Source: Camelus ferus
Taxonomy: Eukaryota
Reading direction: 5' to 3'
Length of the DNA: 64,000 nt
NCBI RefSeq assembly: GCF_009834535.1
Contig: NC_045697.1
Span: forward strand, 26,228,001 to 26,292,000
Part shown: in pieces, positions 39,210 to 52,964 of the stretch
Layout of the letters: the number at the start of each line of letters is the position of its first letter
How positions within the stretch are numbered: the first letter of the stretch is position 1
Program-made: the position numbers and the translations under genes
Notes under the pieces: generated by a model
Told to the model about the DNA's origin: nothing
The model's database searches: none
The model's input: only the letters and a program-made list of their open reading frames with translations

Positions 39210-40000
39210 CTTCAGGTTTAAATCACTTTGGTTATGCTCATGATTACAACTTGATTGGATGTAGAATTCTTGGATCACAAATGTTTTCCTCCATTACTCT
39301 TTAGACTGTGAGACATTTCTTTCTTGAATCTAGCATTGGTGAAAAGTATACAATCAACTAGATTATTACATCTCTTTTATCTACCTGGATGCAGGGTTTT
39401 CCCTCATATCACTGAAATAACAAATAGAGATAGAAAGACAGGACAGGTCTAGGTGTTAGAGTCTTTTATTGATTTTTCTTTCTACTTGGTGAGAGTTTTG
39501 ATCTGTAGACCAGGATATCTTGACTTTGAAAATGGCTTCTGTTAAACTGCTCTGGTTTTTCCTTTGGGCATACCCATCATCCATGCAATGTATATTCCTT
39601 TTCTCCATTGCTCTTAGAATTCTCACAGCTTTCTCCTTTATTTCTGCATCAACATAAAGCTTCTCAACACTACTTAGTTCATCACTGAGTTGGATTCCTA
39701 GTGCACCACTTTGCTCTTTATTGCAAGATTTTACTTCTTGAAACTGTACTTTTACTTACTTCTTTTCCTTTTTTTCCTTTACATTGTATCCTTTCTCATC
39801 TCTACCTCTTTCCATTTCTTCTCATGTTTTGTTAGTTTGTGGTCCATGTTTATTTCAAATATTTTCTAAATTTTTCTTTGGTTTTTTTAATAAAAGAAAG
39901 TATTTTCTTTGCATATGTTAAACTATGCTCCCCTTTTGGATATTTGCAGTTAATTGCTTGCAGACCTATGCGAGATTTTGTTCATTTAAAAATTTTTAAA
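39210..40000 (-). mobile_element. Ancient L1/HAL1 ORF1-region fragment
   Basis: tggatgtagaattcttggatcacaaatgttttcc..ctacctggatgc. Confidence 0.5.
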
Positions 40001-40309
40001 GGAAAAGAAAGACCGATTCTCATCCAGTGTTTGGAAACTGGGCACACAGAATATCCCAAACATCTCCACTATTCACTTACTTCTAGCAGAATCTATCCCC
40101 CAAACTTCCACCTTTGAAACCTATGTCAGTGTAGTTGCACGTTTCTGAGCCAAATTACCGATGGAGACCAGTCTTCTCTATAGTCAGGATATAAACCATA
40201 CTAGAAAATTAGACAAAGAGTGTTTTCCTCTCTGTAAAAGTACAACATCAAACACCAGTTTTAAGTAAATGATGAGTGTTATATGGAGGTTATAAGATAC
40301 TAATTATTT

Positions 40310-40480
40310 GTTATTGGATCAATTACTTAACCTTCCCACATCACTTTTTTTTTTTCTAAAATGGGGATAATAATCCTTATCTTGAAGGCTGGTTGAGTGA
40401 ATCAAATGAGTTCATATTTGTAAGGCATTTATCACCAGGTCTGATGTGGAATATGCATTAAACATCATTAGATTTTTTTA
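40310..40480 (+). mobile_element. MIR
   Basis: attacttaaccttc..ctaaaatggggataataatcc..gagtgaatcaaatgag..tgtaaggcattta. Confidence 0.8.
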
Positions 40481-43400
40481 TTATGCATCTGATTTTATAA
40501 CATTTAGTTATGTAACTTACACAAAGTTCTTTGATCTCAATGCAAACTCCCTTTCAAATTTTATAATTATAAAGAGATCTACCTTAAATCTAGTTGGATA
40601 TAAATATAACATTCTTATTCTGAACATTCTCAACATTCTTGCTGCATCCATTTCACATGGAAAACTACTACTGATGGTAAAAATGGAAAATGCAAGTGAT
40701 ATTTACATAATAAGCTCAGAGCATAAAAGCAAGTTAAAATATATGAAGGTATTTGGAAGAATTTAATAACATATTTTCATATGTTTGTTCAAAATATAGA
40801 TTTTCTACATAAACTGAAGACAAGAGAAAGTGTGCATGTATCCATGTTAACCGAAAAAATCTGCTGCATAGGAGATCAGGTCTGATGTTATATATTTCAC
40901 ATTCAGAGTGACACATTCTACTAATGTAAAGTCCAATTTAGTTGTTAGGTTATAAGTCATATCTGCATTTATTCTGCAGCAAGTGAAATGGGGTTTTAAC
41001 GGCATATTGAATTGTATTGTAAATCTTCCAATGGGATTACAATTAATTCATAATATTTGTTGATTTAGCAGTATGGCTGAGTATGTTTGTGTTTCACTCC
41101 AGTTTTGCGGGATAAGTCTGCACATAAATTTAAACTCCAGTTACTTAAGAGACTGCTTAGCTAGAGAAGGTTCTTATAGAATACACAATGAAAGTTTCTC
41201 ACGACAATGAGAGGAGTATCCGGCTAGTCCAATTTTATTCCATTCTATGACAGAATCATGGGGAAGTAAAGCCTATTCTCTATTTTAACTTTGGTTTCAC
41301 TTGTGATTCCAACTCATCTGCTACATATCAACAAAATTGGAGGATCTATTCTCCACTCAAAGAAAAAACATAGTCAAACTCAAATATGTGTATTAAATAA
41401 AAGAACTGTCTTGATGCTCTTTGGGCAGATCATTTCAGAACCCACTTCTACTTGCTTCACCTTGGAGAGCTATTCAGAGCAGCTTTACAAACTCATGGGT
41501 TTCTTAATTGAAAATGGGCCAGAAAAAAATCACTAATGATTATTTTCCACCTACAATTTTATTTCTCTAGAGTAATTTCAGGTAGCATTTATCCAATATC
41601 TACTACAGAAAAATTTATGTACTCTGTAATAATACACATACTTATATATACTTTTTTCTTATTAAAAAACTCAGAGAAAGACTGTATGCCATTGACAGAC
41701 ATGGAAATATAGGTGTCTCATTATTTGTTTCTTTAAGCAGCTCCTTAAGTTTTCAGATTCTACTTTTGATAATTCAATTTCCCTTTATAAGCAATTTGTA
41801 CCAGTTTAACTCAAGTAATACACTGTTTTAACCCATTAAATTATTGAGTGGCCATATACTTTTTATTTCTAAATTTCTCTTATTCTTTTTTCAGCATTGT
41901 AAAGCTAAAAAGAGGATACATTTTAATTAAGACCTGATGAATTGCAACCCAGGACTGAAGTGTATGTGTCCAGATTATGACCCATCAACTACAAAGGGCA
42001 CACCAATCATGTTGTAAACTATGTACAAACACAAGTGGTAGCCTGACAGTTTCACTTTGTTATACTTTTAACAGTAATACTGACTACCTGGAAGATGGGG
42101 AGCTCTCTCTGTCACCTTCTCCATAGGATCTGGAGTATACATTCTCTATCTTTTGGCTTGAGAATGTAGTGTGCTACTCAAATGCTCTTTGGCATAACTC
42201 CAGGACATGTTCTTAATTCTTTGAAAAAGGCAGCTAAATTTAGAGTCCAATGTAAGTAGAAACTCTTAATGTCAAAGAATTTCTTAGATTGATTGCCAAT
42301 ATTCAATTGAGAGATATCCCTTTAGTTGCAGAGTCAGTGTCAGAAAAGGGATGGAGGAGGGACTTCAGAAACAATGGAGCACAGAGCAGTGAGTCTTAGG
42401 TAACCAGCACTGATTATGGTACTATTAATGAAAAAAGAATAACAACCATAGTTACCTAGAATATGCACGAAAAACTCACAGCAAAGGAAAGAATATAAAT
42501 TTGTATTCCAAGTAACAAAACCAATTGGGAGCTGAGTCAAAAACTGATTTCTTAAAAAAAATTAAAAACAAAACTGAGATTGTCACTTACCTCCCAAGAA
42601 AACATAATAATCTTATATGCATGTGAACCAAACAACAGCACTACAAAATATGTGAGGCAAAAACTGACAGAACTGAAAGGAAAAATAGTCAAATCTACAA
42701 GTATAGTGGGAGATGTCTACATCCCTCTCTCAACAATTGATAGAACAAGGTAAGAAATCAACAAGTACGCATAAGAACTTATCAACACCATCAGCTAACA
42801 TCAACTAACACACATTTATAGAATACCTACTCAACAATTGCAGAATACACATTTTTTGAGAACCCATGAAATGTATACCATGAGAGATCATATCCTAGGT
42901 AATAAAATTTTTAACTCAATAAATTTAAAAGAATTGAAATCATATAGAATGTGGTCTCTGTCTACAATGAACTCAAACTACTTACTAATAACAGAAGATA
43001 ACAAGAAAAAAATCTATAAATATTTGGAAACTAAACAACACACTTATAAACAATTCATCAGTGAAAAGTGGGAAGTACAAAATCCATAATCTAAGCTTTC
43101 CTCTCAAGAAGCTAGGAAAAGAACAAAATAAATCTAAAAGAAGCAAAAGAAACAGAATAATAAAGAGATAAAATCAATGAAAATGAAAAGAGAAAATCAA
43201 TGAAACAAAATGTTGTTTCTTTGAAAAGATTATTAAAATTGACAAACCTCTAAATTAAGAATGAAAAATAGAACAGAACGACAGACTCCAAACATCAAAG
43301 TTATAATAAAGAAATACCTTAAACAATTCTACAAACATACATTCACAGCATAAATAAAATTAAACAATTCCTTTAAAAGCACAAGCTACCACAACTCTCC

Positions 43401-43542
43401 CTATATGAAATAGGTCACTTGAGTAGCTCTATACTTATTAAAGAAATTAAAATTTTAATTTAAAACTCCCCCCAAAAGAAATGTCCAGGCCCAGATGATT
43501 TTACTAGATAATTTTATCAAACATTTAAGGAAGATTTAACAC

Positions 43543-45566
43543 TGTTCAACTTCAGCTTGAACTACTATAACAAATACACTAGACTATGTCACTTAATCAG
43601 TAAACATTTATTTCTCACAGTTCTGGAGGTTGAAAGTCTCTTCTTAGACAAGCACTAATCCCACCACAAAGCTTCTACCATCATGATCTAATTACTTAAC
43701 AAAGGCCCCATCCAAATACCATCACACTGGGGATTAAGGTTTCAACATATGAATTTTGAGGGGATATAAGCCTGCATCCCATGACATTCTGTCCCCCACC
43801 CCATTCATGTTCTTCTCTTATGCAAACTACATTCATTCCATCCCAATAGTTCCAAAAGTCTTAACTTATTCCATCACCAACTCTAAGACCTAAAGTCCAA
43901 ATTTTTCTCTAAATACTATCTATATCAGATACAAGTAAGACTTGAAGTATGATTCATCTTGAGGCAAAACTTCTTTCCGGCTATGAATCTATGCAACCAT
44001 ACAAGTTATGCATTTCCAAAATATAATGGTAGGACAGGCATAGGATAGACATTCCCATTCCAAAAGGGAAACAGGTAGAAATAGGGTGGCAGGTGCCAAG
44101 CAAATCGAAAACCTAGCAAGGTAAACTTGACGAGATTTTAGCTTGGAGAATAGTCATCTTTGGCTAGATGCTGTGCCTCCTGGACCCACTAGAGTAGAGA
44201 TCCTGACATATGACCCACCAGGGTTGTAGTCTTGCTCCTACAGCTCTGCCAAACAAGGGAGTCCACCCCCAGGAATCTGTCTGGTGGGGAGTATAATCCC
44301 CAAGGTTCAGGGTGGCCCTACCACCTCAGCTCTGGACAGTCTCACTCCCAAGACTATGGGCAGAGACCATCTGGCCTGCTGAAACTTAGGCGATGTCCCC
44401 CTCCTACCCTCACTTTTAAAACCAAGGAGGCAGCCATGATGGTCTTTGAATTTCCTACAGGATCACTCTTCCCTTGTTTTGAAGAATAGTGCATGTTCAA
44501 AGCTGAACAGCTCAAGAGTCAATCCTGTAAAATTCAAAAAGACTAACAGATTTCCTTCATTAAATCATATTTTCTCTATTTCTTTTAGTTTAAACTGGTA
44601 GTGTCTTTGCTGGTATAATACCATCTCTGTTCCCATCCTCTGCTGGGATAGCTGATTAGGTCCATGGTTTACATCACACTAATTTCCTTATCAAATGGTT
44701 GATCAGCCATACCCTTGGTGTTCTCTTGCACATATGCTTTCTCATTTTTTTATAATATGAATAGCCTGAGAATTGTCCAAATCTTAAAATTCTGGTTCCT
44801 TTCTTGCTTAACAATTCTGTCCTTAGTTCATTTAACATGTTTCTCATATCCATCTGAGACTTCATCAGAATGGACTTTATCATCCAAATTTCTACCACCA
44901 TTCTGTACATAATCATTTATGTATTTTATAAGAAGATAGAGCCTTTCTCTCCAGCTCTCTTCATTTCTTTCTGAGCTTTCACCAGAAGCATCATTAAAAA
45001 TCTCTTCACAGCAATATTGGGTTTTCCTAGCATGTACCTCAAAATTCTTTCAGCCTCTATCTGTTAGCCAATTTCAAAGCTGCTTCCACATTTTAAGTAT
45101 TTGTTACAGCAGCACCCCACTTCTCAGTACCAGTGTCTGTCTTAATTACTATAGCAAACACTATCGATTCAGTGACTTAAAAAACAAGCATTTTTCACAG
45201 TTCTGGAGGCTGGAAGTCAGAGAATAGGGTGCCAACACAGTCAAAATCTGGTGAGATCGCTCTTCCTGGTTTACAGATAGCTACTTTGTTGCTGTATCCT
45301 CATATGGCAGAGAAAGAGAAAGAGAAAGAGAAAGAGAAAGAGAAAGAGAAAGAGAAAGAAAGAGAGAAAGAATGCACATGCAAGTTAGCTAAGCTAGCCA
45401 GCTAGTTTCCTTGTGTATCTTCTTACAAGGGCATTGATCACATCATGAGAATTCTACCTTCATATTCTAAGTACATCCCAAAAGACTCATCTCTAAATAT
45501 CAACACATTGGAGATTAGGGTTTCACCATGTGAAGTTAGGGAACCACAAACATGCAGTCCACAGCA
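43543..45566 (-). mobile_element. Complete MLT1A-type MaLR provirus (LTR-internal-LTR)
   Basis: LTRs at 43543-43786 (internally deleted) and 45138-45566 share tcacagttctggagg and ggattaaggtttcaacatatgaa-like motifs; MaLR internal 43787-45137 (ggcataggatagacattcccattccaaaaggg; cagcaccccacttctcagtacc); TSD approximately aacac/aatac. Confidence 0.9.
45309..45370. repeat. (AGAAAG)n microsatellite within the MLT1A LTR
   Basis: Direct observation. Confidence 0.95.
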
Positions 45567-46935
45567 AAATACCAATTCTACACAACCTTTCAGAAAATAA
45601 AAAAAGGAGAAAACATTTCCTAATTAATTTATAAAGTTAATATACAAAAACCAAAGGCAGTTAAAAAAAAAGAAAGAAAACTATAGACCGATATTACTCA
45701 TGCACATAGATATAAAATTTCTTAACTAAATATTAGCAGATAAAATTCAGCAATATATAAAAAGAATTATATACCATAGCCAAGTGGAGTTTTTTCCAAG
45801 GAGGCAAAGCTGACTTGATATTTGAAAATTCATCAGTGTAATTCACCATATTAACAGGCTAAAGAAGAATATTGCATGATCATATCAATCAAGGCATAAA
45901 AGAGATTTGACAAAATTCAACATTCATCCATGATGAAACCTCCCATACAAATAGAAGTAGACGGCACCAACTCAGTTTGACAAAGATTATCTACCAAAAA
46001 ACCTATAGCTAGCATCATACTTAATGGTTAAAGATTGAATTCTTTTCCTCTGCAATCAGGAACAAGGCAAAAATGTCCACTCTTACAGCCCTTGTTCAAC
46101 ATATTACTAAAATTCATATCAAGGACAATAAAACAAGAAAAGGAAATAAAAGACCTAGACCTAAAAGGAAGAAATAAAACTATACCTATTTGTGGATTGT
46201 CCATGTAGAAAATCTCAAGAAATCTACAAAAACTTTGTTGTATTCAGTAAAGTTGCAGAATACAACACAAACATACAAAAATTTCTAAGTCTATATACTA
46301 GCAATAAACATACGAATATCAAAATAAAAATATGACACCACTGATGAAAGAAGTCAAAGAAAATTTAAATGATATACCAGATTAATGGGATGGAAGACTC
46401 AATATATTAAAGATATCAATTCTTTCCAAATTAACATACAGGTTTAAAGCAATTCCTATCAAAATCCCCGCAAGATTTTTTTCATAACTATAAACACAGC
46501 TTTTCTAAAATTTATATGGAGAGGCAAATGAACCAGACTAGCCAAATCATATTTTAAAAGGAAGAACAAAAACTTGGAGAAATCAGATTACACATATTAT
46601 GCAACTACATTAAACAAGACTGTGTGGTATTGTCAGGGGCACTGATACATAATGTAGCCAACTAAATTTTTGACGAATGTGCAAACTGGGGAAGAATAGC
46701 ATTATGACAAATGGTGGCTGAACAATTGGACATTCATAGACAAAAACTGAACTTCAACATAAGCCTCATATCTTGCATAAAAATAAAATCAACATGGATC
46801 ACCAACTTAACTTTTATAAAGTTATAAAACTTTTAGAAGACAACATAGATGAAATTCTTCAGGTTCTCTGATCAAGAAAATAATCTATAGACGACATGAA
46901 AAGTATGATCTGTAAAAGAAAAAGTTAATAAACGA

Positions 46936-47104
46936 GAAAAAAATCAGTTAGCTGTACTTGTATGAATCTATTTCTGGGTTCTTTACTCTGTTTCATTGAT
47001 TTCTGTCTCAGTCTCTGACAATACCACATAATCTTTTAACATAGATGTATAATAAGTCTCGATATTGGGTAGTCTGATTCCTCCATCTTCATTCTTCTTT
47101 CCCC
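46936..47104 (-). mobile_element. Inverted L1 ORF2 fragment embedded in the sense L1MC
   Basis: tctatttctgggttctttactctgtttcattgat..caataccaca..tctgattcctccatcttcattcttc is antisense ORF2. Confidence 0.85.
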
Positions 47105-48751
47105 AAAATAAACTTTGCTCTATGAAAGATCTTGTTAAGAGGATGAAAAGACAGGCCAGCAACTAGGAGATAATACCTTCAAAGGACTAATGTTTAGAAT
47201 ATATAAAGAACTTTCTAATTTCAATGGTAAAAATCAAATAATCTAATTAGAAAATGGGCAGAAGACATGAAAAGAAATATTACTGAAGATGATATATAGA
47301 TGGCAAATAAGCAAATGAAAAGATGCTCATTATCATTAGCCTTTAGAGAAAAATTAAAGCCACTGAATTCTCACTACACACCTATCAGAATGGCTAAAAT
47401 GAAAAACAGTGATGGAACCAAATGCTAGTGAGGATGTGAAGAAATCAGATTACTTATACATTGCTAGTGGGAATGTAAATGGTATAAGTACTCTGGAAAA
47501 CATTTTGGCAATTTTCTATTAAACTAAGTATACAAATATTGCATGACTTAACAATTACACTCTGGCATTTATCCCAGAGAAATAAAGACTTAAGTTCACA
47601 TGAAAACCTGTATGCAGATGTCCATCTCAACTTTATTCATAATAGTCAAAACTGGAAGCAACTCAAATGTCCTTCAGAGGATGAAAGTTTTAACAAACTG
47701 TAGTATATCCATATGGAGTATTACTTAATCAATAACAACAAATAAAACAAAACTATTCATACACACACAGTATGGATAAATCTCAGGAGAATTATCCTGA
47801 GTGAAAAAAGCCAATTTTGAAAGGTTATATACACTGTATGATTGCACTTATATAACGTTCCTAAAGTGACAAAGTTATAAGAATAGAAAACAGATTAGTG
47901 ATTTCCAGTTGGCTAAAGATAAAGAGGGATGTGGGTGGGGAAGTGGTTGTGGCTGTAAAAAGGCAGGAGGAAAATTACCCATGGTTTTGAGATTGTTCTG
48001 TGATTTGACTGCATCAATGTCAATTTCAATATTGATAACTGACAATATTGACTGGTTGTGATGTTGTACTACAGGTTTTGCAAGACAATAGCATGGGAGG
48101 AAAACAGGCATTCTCTGTATTATTTCTTGCAATTGCATGAGAGTCTACAATCATCTCAAAATGAAAAATTTAATTAAAAAGAGCTTACCACTCACTAGTT
48201 GCATGCCACAAGTATATTTCATGCATACTTTGCTATTAATTTAAAAATATTTTTGACATTTAAAAATTTTAATATAGCTTAGAAAACTAAATCTCTTTCA
48301 AAAATTAGAAGCTATTTAAGTAAGCTTGTGAAAATATTCCTCCTCGTTCCCACCCACCAAAAAAATGTGATGATAGATTGAGAATGAACTGCAGATAACA
48401 AGCCAATTTAACATTATTTTGTTTTATACATAAAATATAAAAGTAAGGTGTTGCAAACCAACTTCAGCCTATTTGGTCTTCAAAACTCCTATGTTGTTTT
48501 TGGTAGACAACGACAAGTCCCCAAAGATGTTTAAGGAAAGGATTAGATTCTCCCCAAAAATCTCATTGCTAGGTATAATAAAATCAAGTATCAGAGAAAC
48601 TCTAAGCAAGAATATTGTTTTAATGATGGCATGTTTAATAAATAAATAAAATAATTTTACTATACATAATGTCTAATGATCTTGGTATACATGATCATAT
48701 ATGATATATATTATATATGGAAAATGCTAATATATATAAGATCATCAATTT

Positions 48752-51360
48752 CTCCATTAAAGTATAATTTATTTATAATATTGTATGTTTCAGTTGTACA
48801 AAATAGTGATTCAATATTTTTATAGATTATACTCTATTTAAATTTATTAAAAATAATGGCTATACTTCCCTGTGCTATACAATATATCCTTGTTTCTTAT
48901 TTATTTTATACATAGTACTTTATATCTCTTAATCATTTACCCTGTTCTTACCCTTCCCCACTTTGCTCTCCCCACTGGTAACCACTACTTCATACTCTGT
49001 ATGTGTGAGTCTTTTTCTGTTTTATTATATTTATCATTTGTTTTATCTTTTAGATTCCAAATACGTGATAACACAGAGTATCTTTCTCTGTCTGACTTAC
49101 TTTATTAAGCATAATACCTCCAGGTTCATCCACATTGTGGCAAATGACAGAGTTTCATTCTTTTTATGGCTGAGTAATATTCTATCATATGTATATACCT
49201 CTTTATTCATTCATTTGTTGATGGACACTTAAATTGCTTCCACAGCTTGGCTATTGTAAATAATGCTGCTATAAACATTGGGGTGTATGTATCTTTTCAG
49301 ATTACTGTTTATTTTTTCTTTGGATATATATGCAGGAGTGAAATGGCTGGATCATATGATGGTTCTGCTTTTATTTGTTTTAAGGACCCTCCATATTGTT
49401 TTCCATAATGGCTGCATCAATTTGCATTTCCACCAAGAGTGTACTGGAGTTTCCTTTTGTCACATTCTAGCCAGCACATTTGTTATCTGTAGACTTTCTG
49501 ATGATAGTCATTCTGACAGGCATGAAGTAATATCTCATTGTGGGGTTGATTTGCATTTCTCTGATGGTTAGCAATGTTGAGCATCTTTCAAGAGTTTGTT
49601 GGCCATCTATATATCTTCTTTGGAAAAATGTCTATTCAGGTCCTTTGTCCACTTTTTAATCAGGTTGATTGTATTTTGATACTGAGTTGTATGAACCGCT
49701 TATGTTTTTTGGGTATCAACCCATTATTGGTCATATTACTGCAAATATTTTCTCCAATTCAGTAGATTTTCTTTGTTTTGTTCATGGTTTCCTTTTCTGT
49801 GTAGAAGCTTTTAAGTTTAATTGGGTCACATTTGTTTACTTTTGCTTTTGTTTCCTTTGCTTTAGGAGAGAGATCCAAAAAAATTGCTGCAATTTATGGC
49901 AGAGTGTTCTGCCTATGTCTTCCTCTAGAAATTTTATATTATCTGGTTTTACATTTACGTCATTAATCCATTTTTAGCTTATTTTTGTATATGGTGTTAG
50001 AGAATGTTCTAATTTCATTCTTTTACATTTAGCTGTCCAGTTTTCCCACTTATTGAAGAGATTTTCTTTTCCCTTTTGTATATTCTTGCCTCCTTTGTCA
50101 TAGATTAATTGACATTAAGGTGAAGGTTTATTTCTGGGCTCTCCATTCTGTTTTATTTATCTATGTGTCTGTTTTTGTGCCAGTGCCATGCTGTTCTGAC
50201 TACTATAGCTTTGTAGTACAATCTGAAGTCAGGGAGTGTGATACGGCCAACTTTGTTCTTTTCTCTCAAGATTGCTTTGGCAATTCTGGGCCCTTTATGA
50301 TCCCCTAATTCTGTTAGCATTTTTATTACTAATGCTTTGAACTCTTTATCTGCTAAATTATTTACTTCTGTTTTACTGGCTGTTTTTTCAGGGGTTTTCT
50401 CCTTCTTCTTTAGATTGAAACAAATTCCTCTGCCTAATCATCTTGTTTGCCTTTCTCTGTCTCTGTGAAATTGTTACCTACTGTGGTCTTGAAAGTTGTC
50501 CTTGTGTGAGAGTATCCCTATATGGTCTGTGTGTGCCCAATGGCATGATGAGAGAGCTGGATCTGATCTGAGCATGAGTCATGTCTTTCCCTTGGGTGTG
50601 CTGGAAGCTATCACCTTGGTAGGAGGGGAGCTGGACATAGAAGGTCTAGTTCCAGACCCAGGTGTGAGCTGGGGATTCTCCTCTGCTCAGTAGCCAGCAC
50701 CGCCTTATTTGGGGTAGGGTCATGTCCCAAGTTTCTTGAGTAGAGACCCTGAGGTTTGAGTCCGAGCTCTAGGTTTAATCACCTTTGTCCCTCTCAACTA
50801 AAATCTCCCCTTGGTTGCAGCAACCCTTGCCCCAGTGTGAAGCTGTGTCATGAAGTAAATGGGGCAGGAATGGGCACTCAGTTCAGGCTGGAGCACATGG
50901 TGGAGTCATCATGAGAAACTGGCCAGCTTCCTGTGCTATTTCAATCCACCTTCTCTGCCCTGTTTCAGGAGTAAGCATGCTCCTGTTTGTCCCAAAGGCC
51001 CTCCAACCAGCCAAGGGGACTTGTCTTCCATATATCAGACCCCAGGGCTGGGGCATCCAATATGTGGCTTGAACCACTCACTCCCCAAGGAGGATCTCCA
51101 TCTGTGTATATCCCCTCTTGTTTTGAATACCTTCCTAGGGGCACAAGTCCTGACCTGATTGCTTCTCTTCCCTTCCTATACTTCCCTTCCTACCCTCACA
51201 ATAAATTGGATCTTTCTTATAGCCTTGGTTGTACAGAAGTCTTTCTGTCAGTCTCCAGGTCATTTTCACTGAGAATTGCTCCACAAGTAGATGTATTTTT
51301 TATGTGTTTTTGGTGTAGGTGAGCTCCACATCCTCCAACTCCACCACCTTGATCTTGTTC
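48752..51360 (-). mobile_element. L1 with both termini and a large internal deletion
   Basis: 3'UTR and ORF2 C-terminus at 48752-~50305 fused to ORF1 start and 5'UTR at ~50306-51355 (minus-strand start gatcaaggtggtggagttggaggatgtggagctcacc); degenerate TSD at 48737-48751 and 51362-51376. Confidence 0.85.
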
Positions 51361-51499
51361 TTAGGATCATTATTTTGTATGGCTACAAATCCTCTAATCT
51401 TGGCAGCAGAGGTGTTAGAGCATGTCACTGTTAAAAATTATGGCTTGATAATCAATACATCTCAACTAATGTCAAACAAAATTAAACTCCAGCTTTACA

Positions 51500-52070
51500 A
51501 GTCATGCTATCTGCCTTCAAGAAGCATAGAATCTACTAGGGGAAATATGTAAACAAATTATGGTATAAGATAATAAATGCTGGTATAGATGTACAAATAA
51601 TATGGTAGCTAAGAGAATGAATCAACTATTTGTTCCTGCCACAAGTATGAACACTTAACGGCAGACCACAAGGAGGAATGGGTTTTGTATTATAATAAGA
51701 AATTTCATTTTATATGTATTCTGTTTGAAGATACTCATTGGTCATTCAAGTGGAGAAATTTAGAGACAGTGGTTTTAATGAGTCTAGAGCTTAGAGAAGA
51801 AGTGTCAGATGTAAAATAAATTAGAAAGCATTTATATGGCTTTAAAGCCCTGAGACTAGATCAATGGAGTGGGTGCATTCATGAAGAGACATACCGAAGC
51901 ATTGCAGCTCTTCAATTCAACAGTCAGAGAAATGAGGCAACTACCAAGGAGAATGTGAAGAAACAGTTAATGGTATGAAAGTAACGGAGACAATGAGACA
52001 ATGTAGAGTCTTAGCTATTAAGCTAAGAAGAAATATTTGTATAATATACTCAGCTGTCCTTTCAAATCTA
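51500..52070 (-). mobile_element. L2 fragments
   Basis: tctgccttcaagaagcatagaatcta; cattcaagtggaga; tttaaagccctgagactagatc. Confidence 0.65.
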
Positions 52071-52201
52071 AATATATTTGGAAACTACTACCAATATTAC
52101 CCAGGCTGGCCAAAGGTATCTGTATCTGATCTTAGTCTGGAGGTCAGGATGGAGTTTTAACAATTCTCAATTATCTTAGGAGATTAGTAGATAAAGCAAC
52201 A

Positions 52202-52554
52202 TAGGTCCACAATCCCTTATCTGCCTTTCCAGAATCCAACTAATTCTGAAACCAAAGAAAATTCACTTGGTAAGAAAATCTAATTTGTCCTTTATCCTTT
52301 TAGCAACAAAGCCTAACTGGAACCACCATAAGTCAGTTTATATTCTTTATTTCCCACTTAGTGAGAATAAGTCCATGCATTTTACTGCCAAAAACTATTC
52401 CTGGGTTTGAATTTGTCATTGCTGCCCTAGGCCCTTCAGAAGGTGCAATGGAATTTATGAGTGAGAACCTTATTATCTATTCCGAACTTAAAATTTCTAA
52501 ATTCTGAATAACATTTAATTTCGGGGGTATTAATGAAGTGATTGTGGTCCTCTA
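52202..52554 (-). mobile_element. Tigger15a-like DNA transposon
   Basis: TIRs aggtccacaatcccttat / atgaagtgattgtggtcct; internal tttcccacttagtgagaat. Confidence 0.75.
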
Positions 52555-52893
52555 TAAAATTATTCTATGTGTATTTCATAGAAAACAGTCTATTTTAACC
52601 ATAAATACATTTAGATTGTAAAAGCCTGGTGCATAATAAAATAATTCAATCTCTTATCCTCTACCTGGATGTACTCTACTTTCTCTAGGAAGAGAGATTT
52701 TCTAATTGTAAACACAGATGTAGAGAAATTCTTAATTTACAAGAATATTTCTGAATTTTGGGGCCCCCAGAAGATCATTTGGAAATACTTTGAACATTTA
52801 TCCATAATATATATAAAGGCATGGTATTGGTTGATATATATGCGTGTGTGTGTGTATATATGTTATTTTCTGTCACAAATATATCTATTTACA

Positions 52894-52905
52894 TACACAC
52901 ACACA

Positions 52906-52964
<59 letters not shown>

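Larger units (their letters stand above)
42580..48180 (+). mobile_element. L1MC1-like element (decayed ORF2 through 3' end), interrupted by MLT1A
   Basis: Endonuclease- and RT-region remnants (ORF 42838 MRDHILGNK..KELKS; ccaggcccagatgatttta; aatcaggaacaaggcaaaaatgtccactc); 3' end tctctgtattatttcttgcaattgcatgagagtctacaatcatctcaaaa. Confidence 0.9.

Noticed and set aside
41934..42046. C/D-box snoRNA-like pair (tgatga..ctga)
   Set aside because: The C box lacks its leading purine and there is no convincing terminal stem.
48872..51552. Cluster of plus-strand ORFs
   Set aside because: They are antisense reading frames of an L1 with no independent coding evidence.
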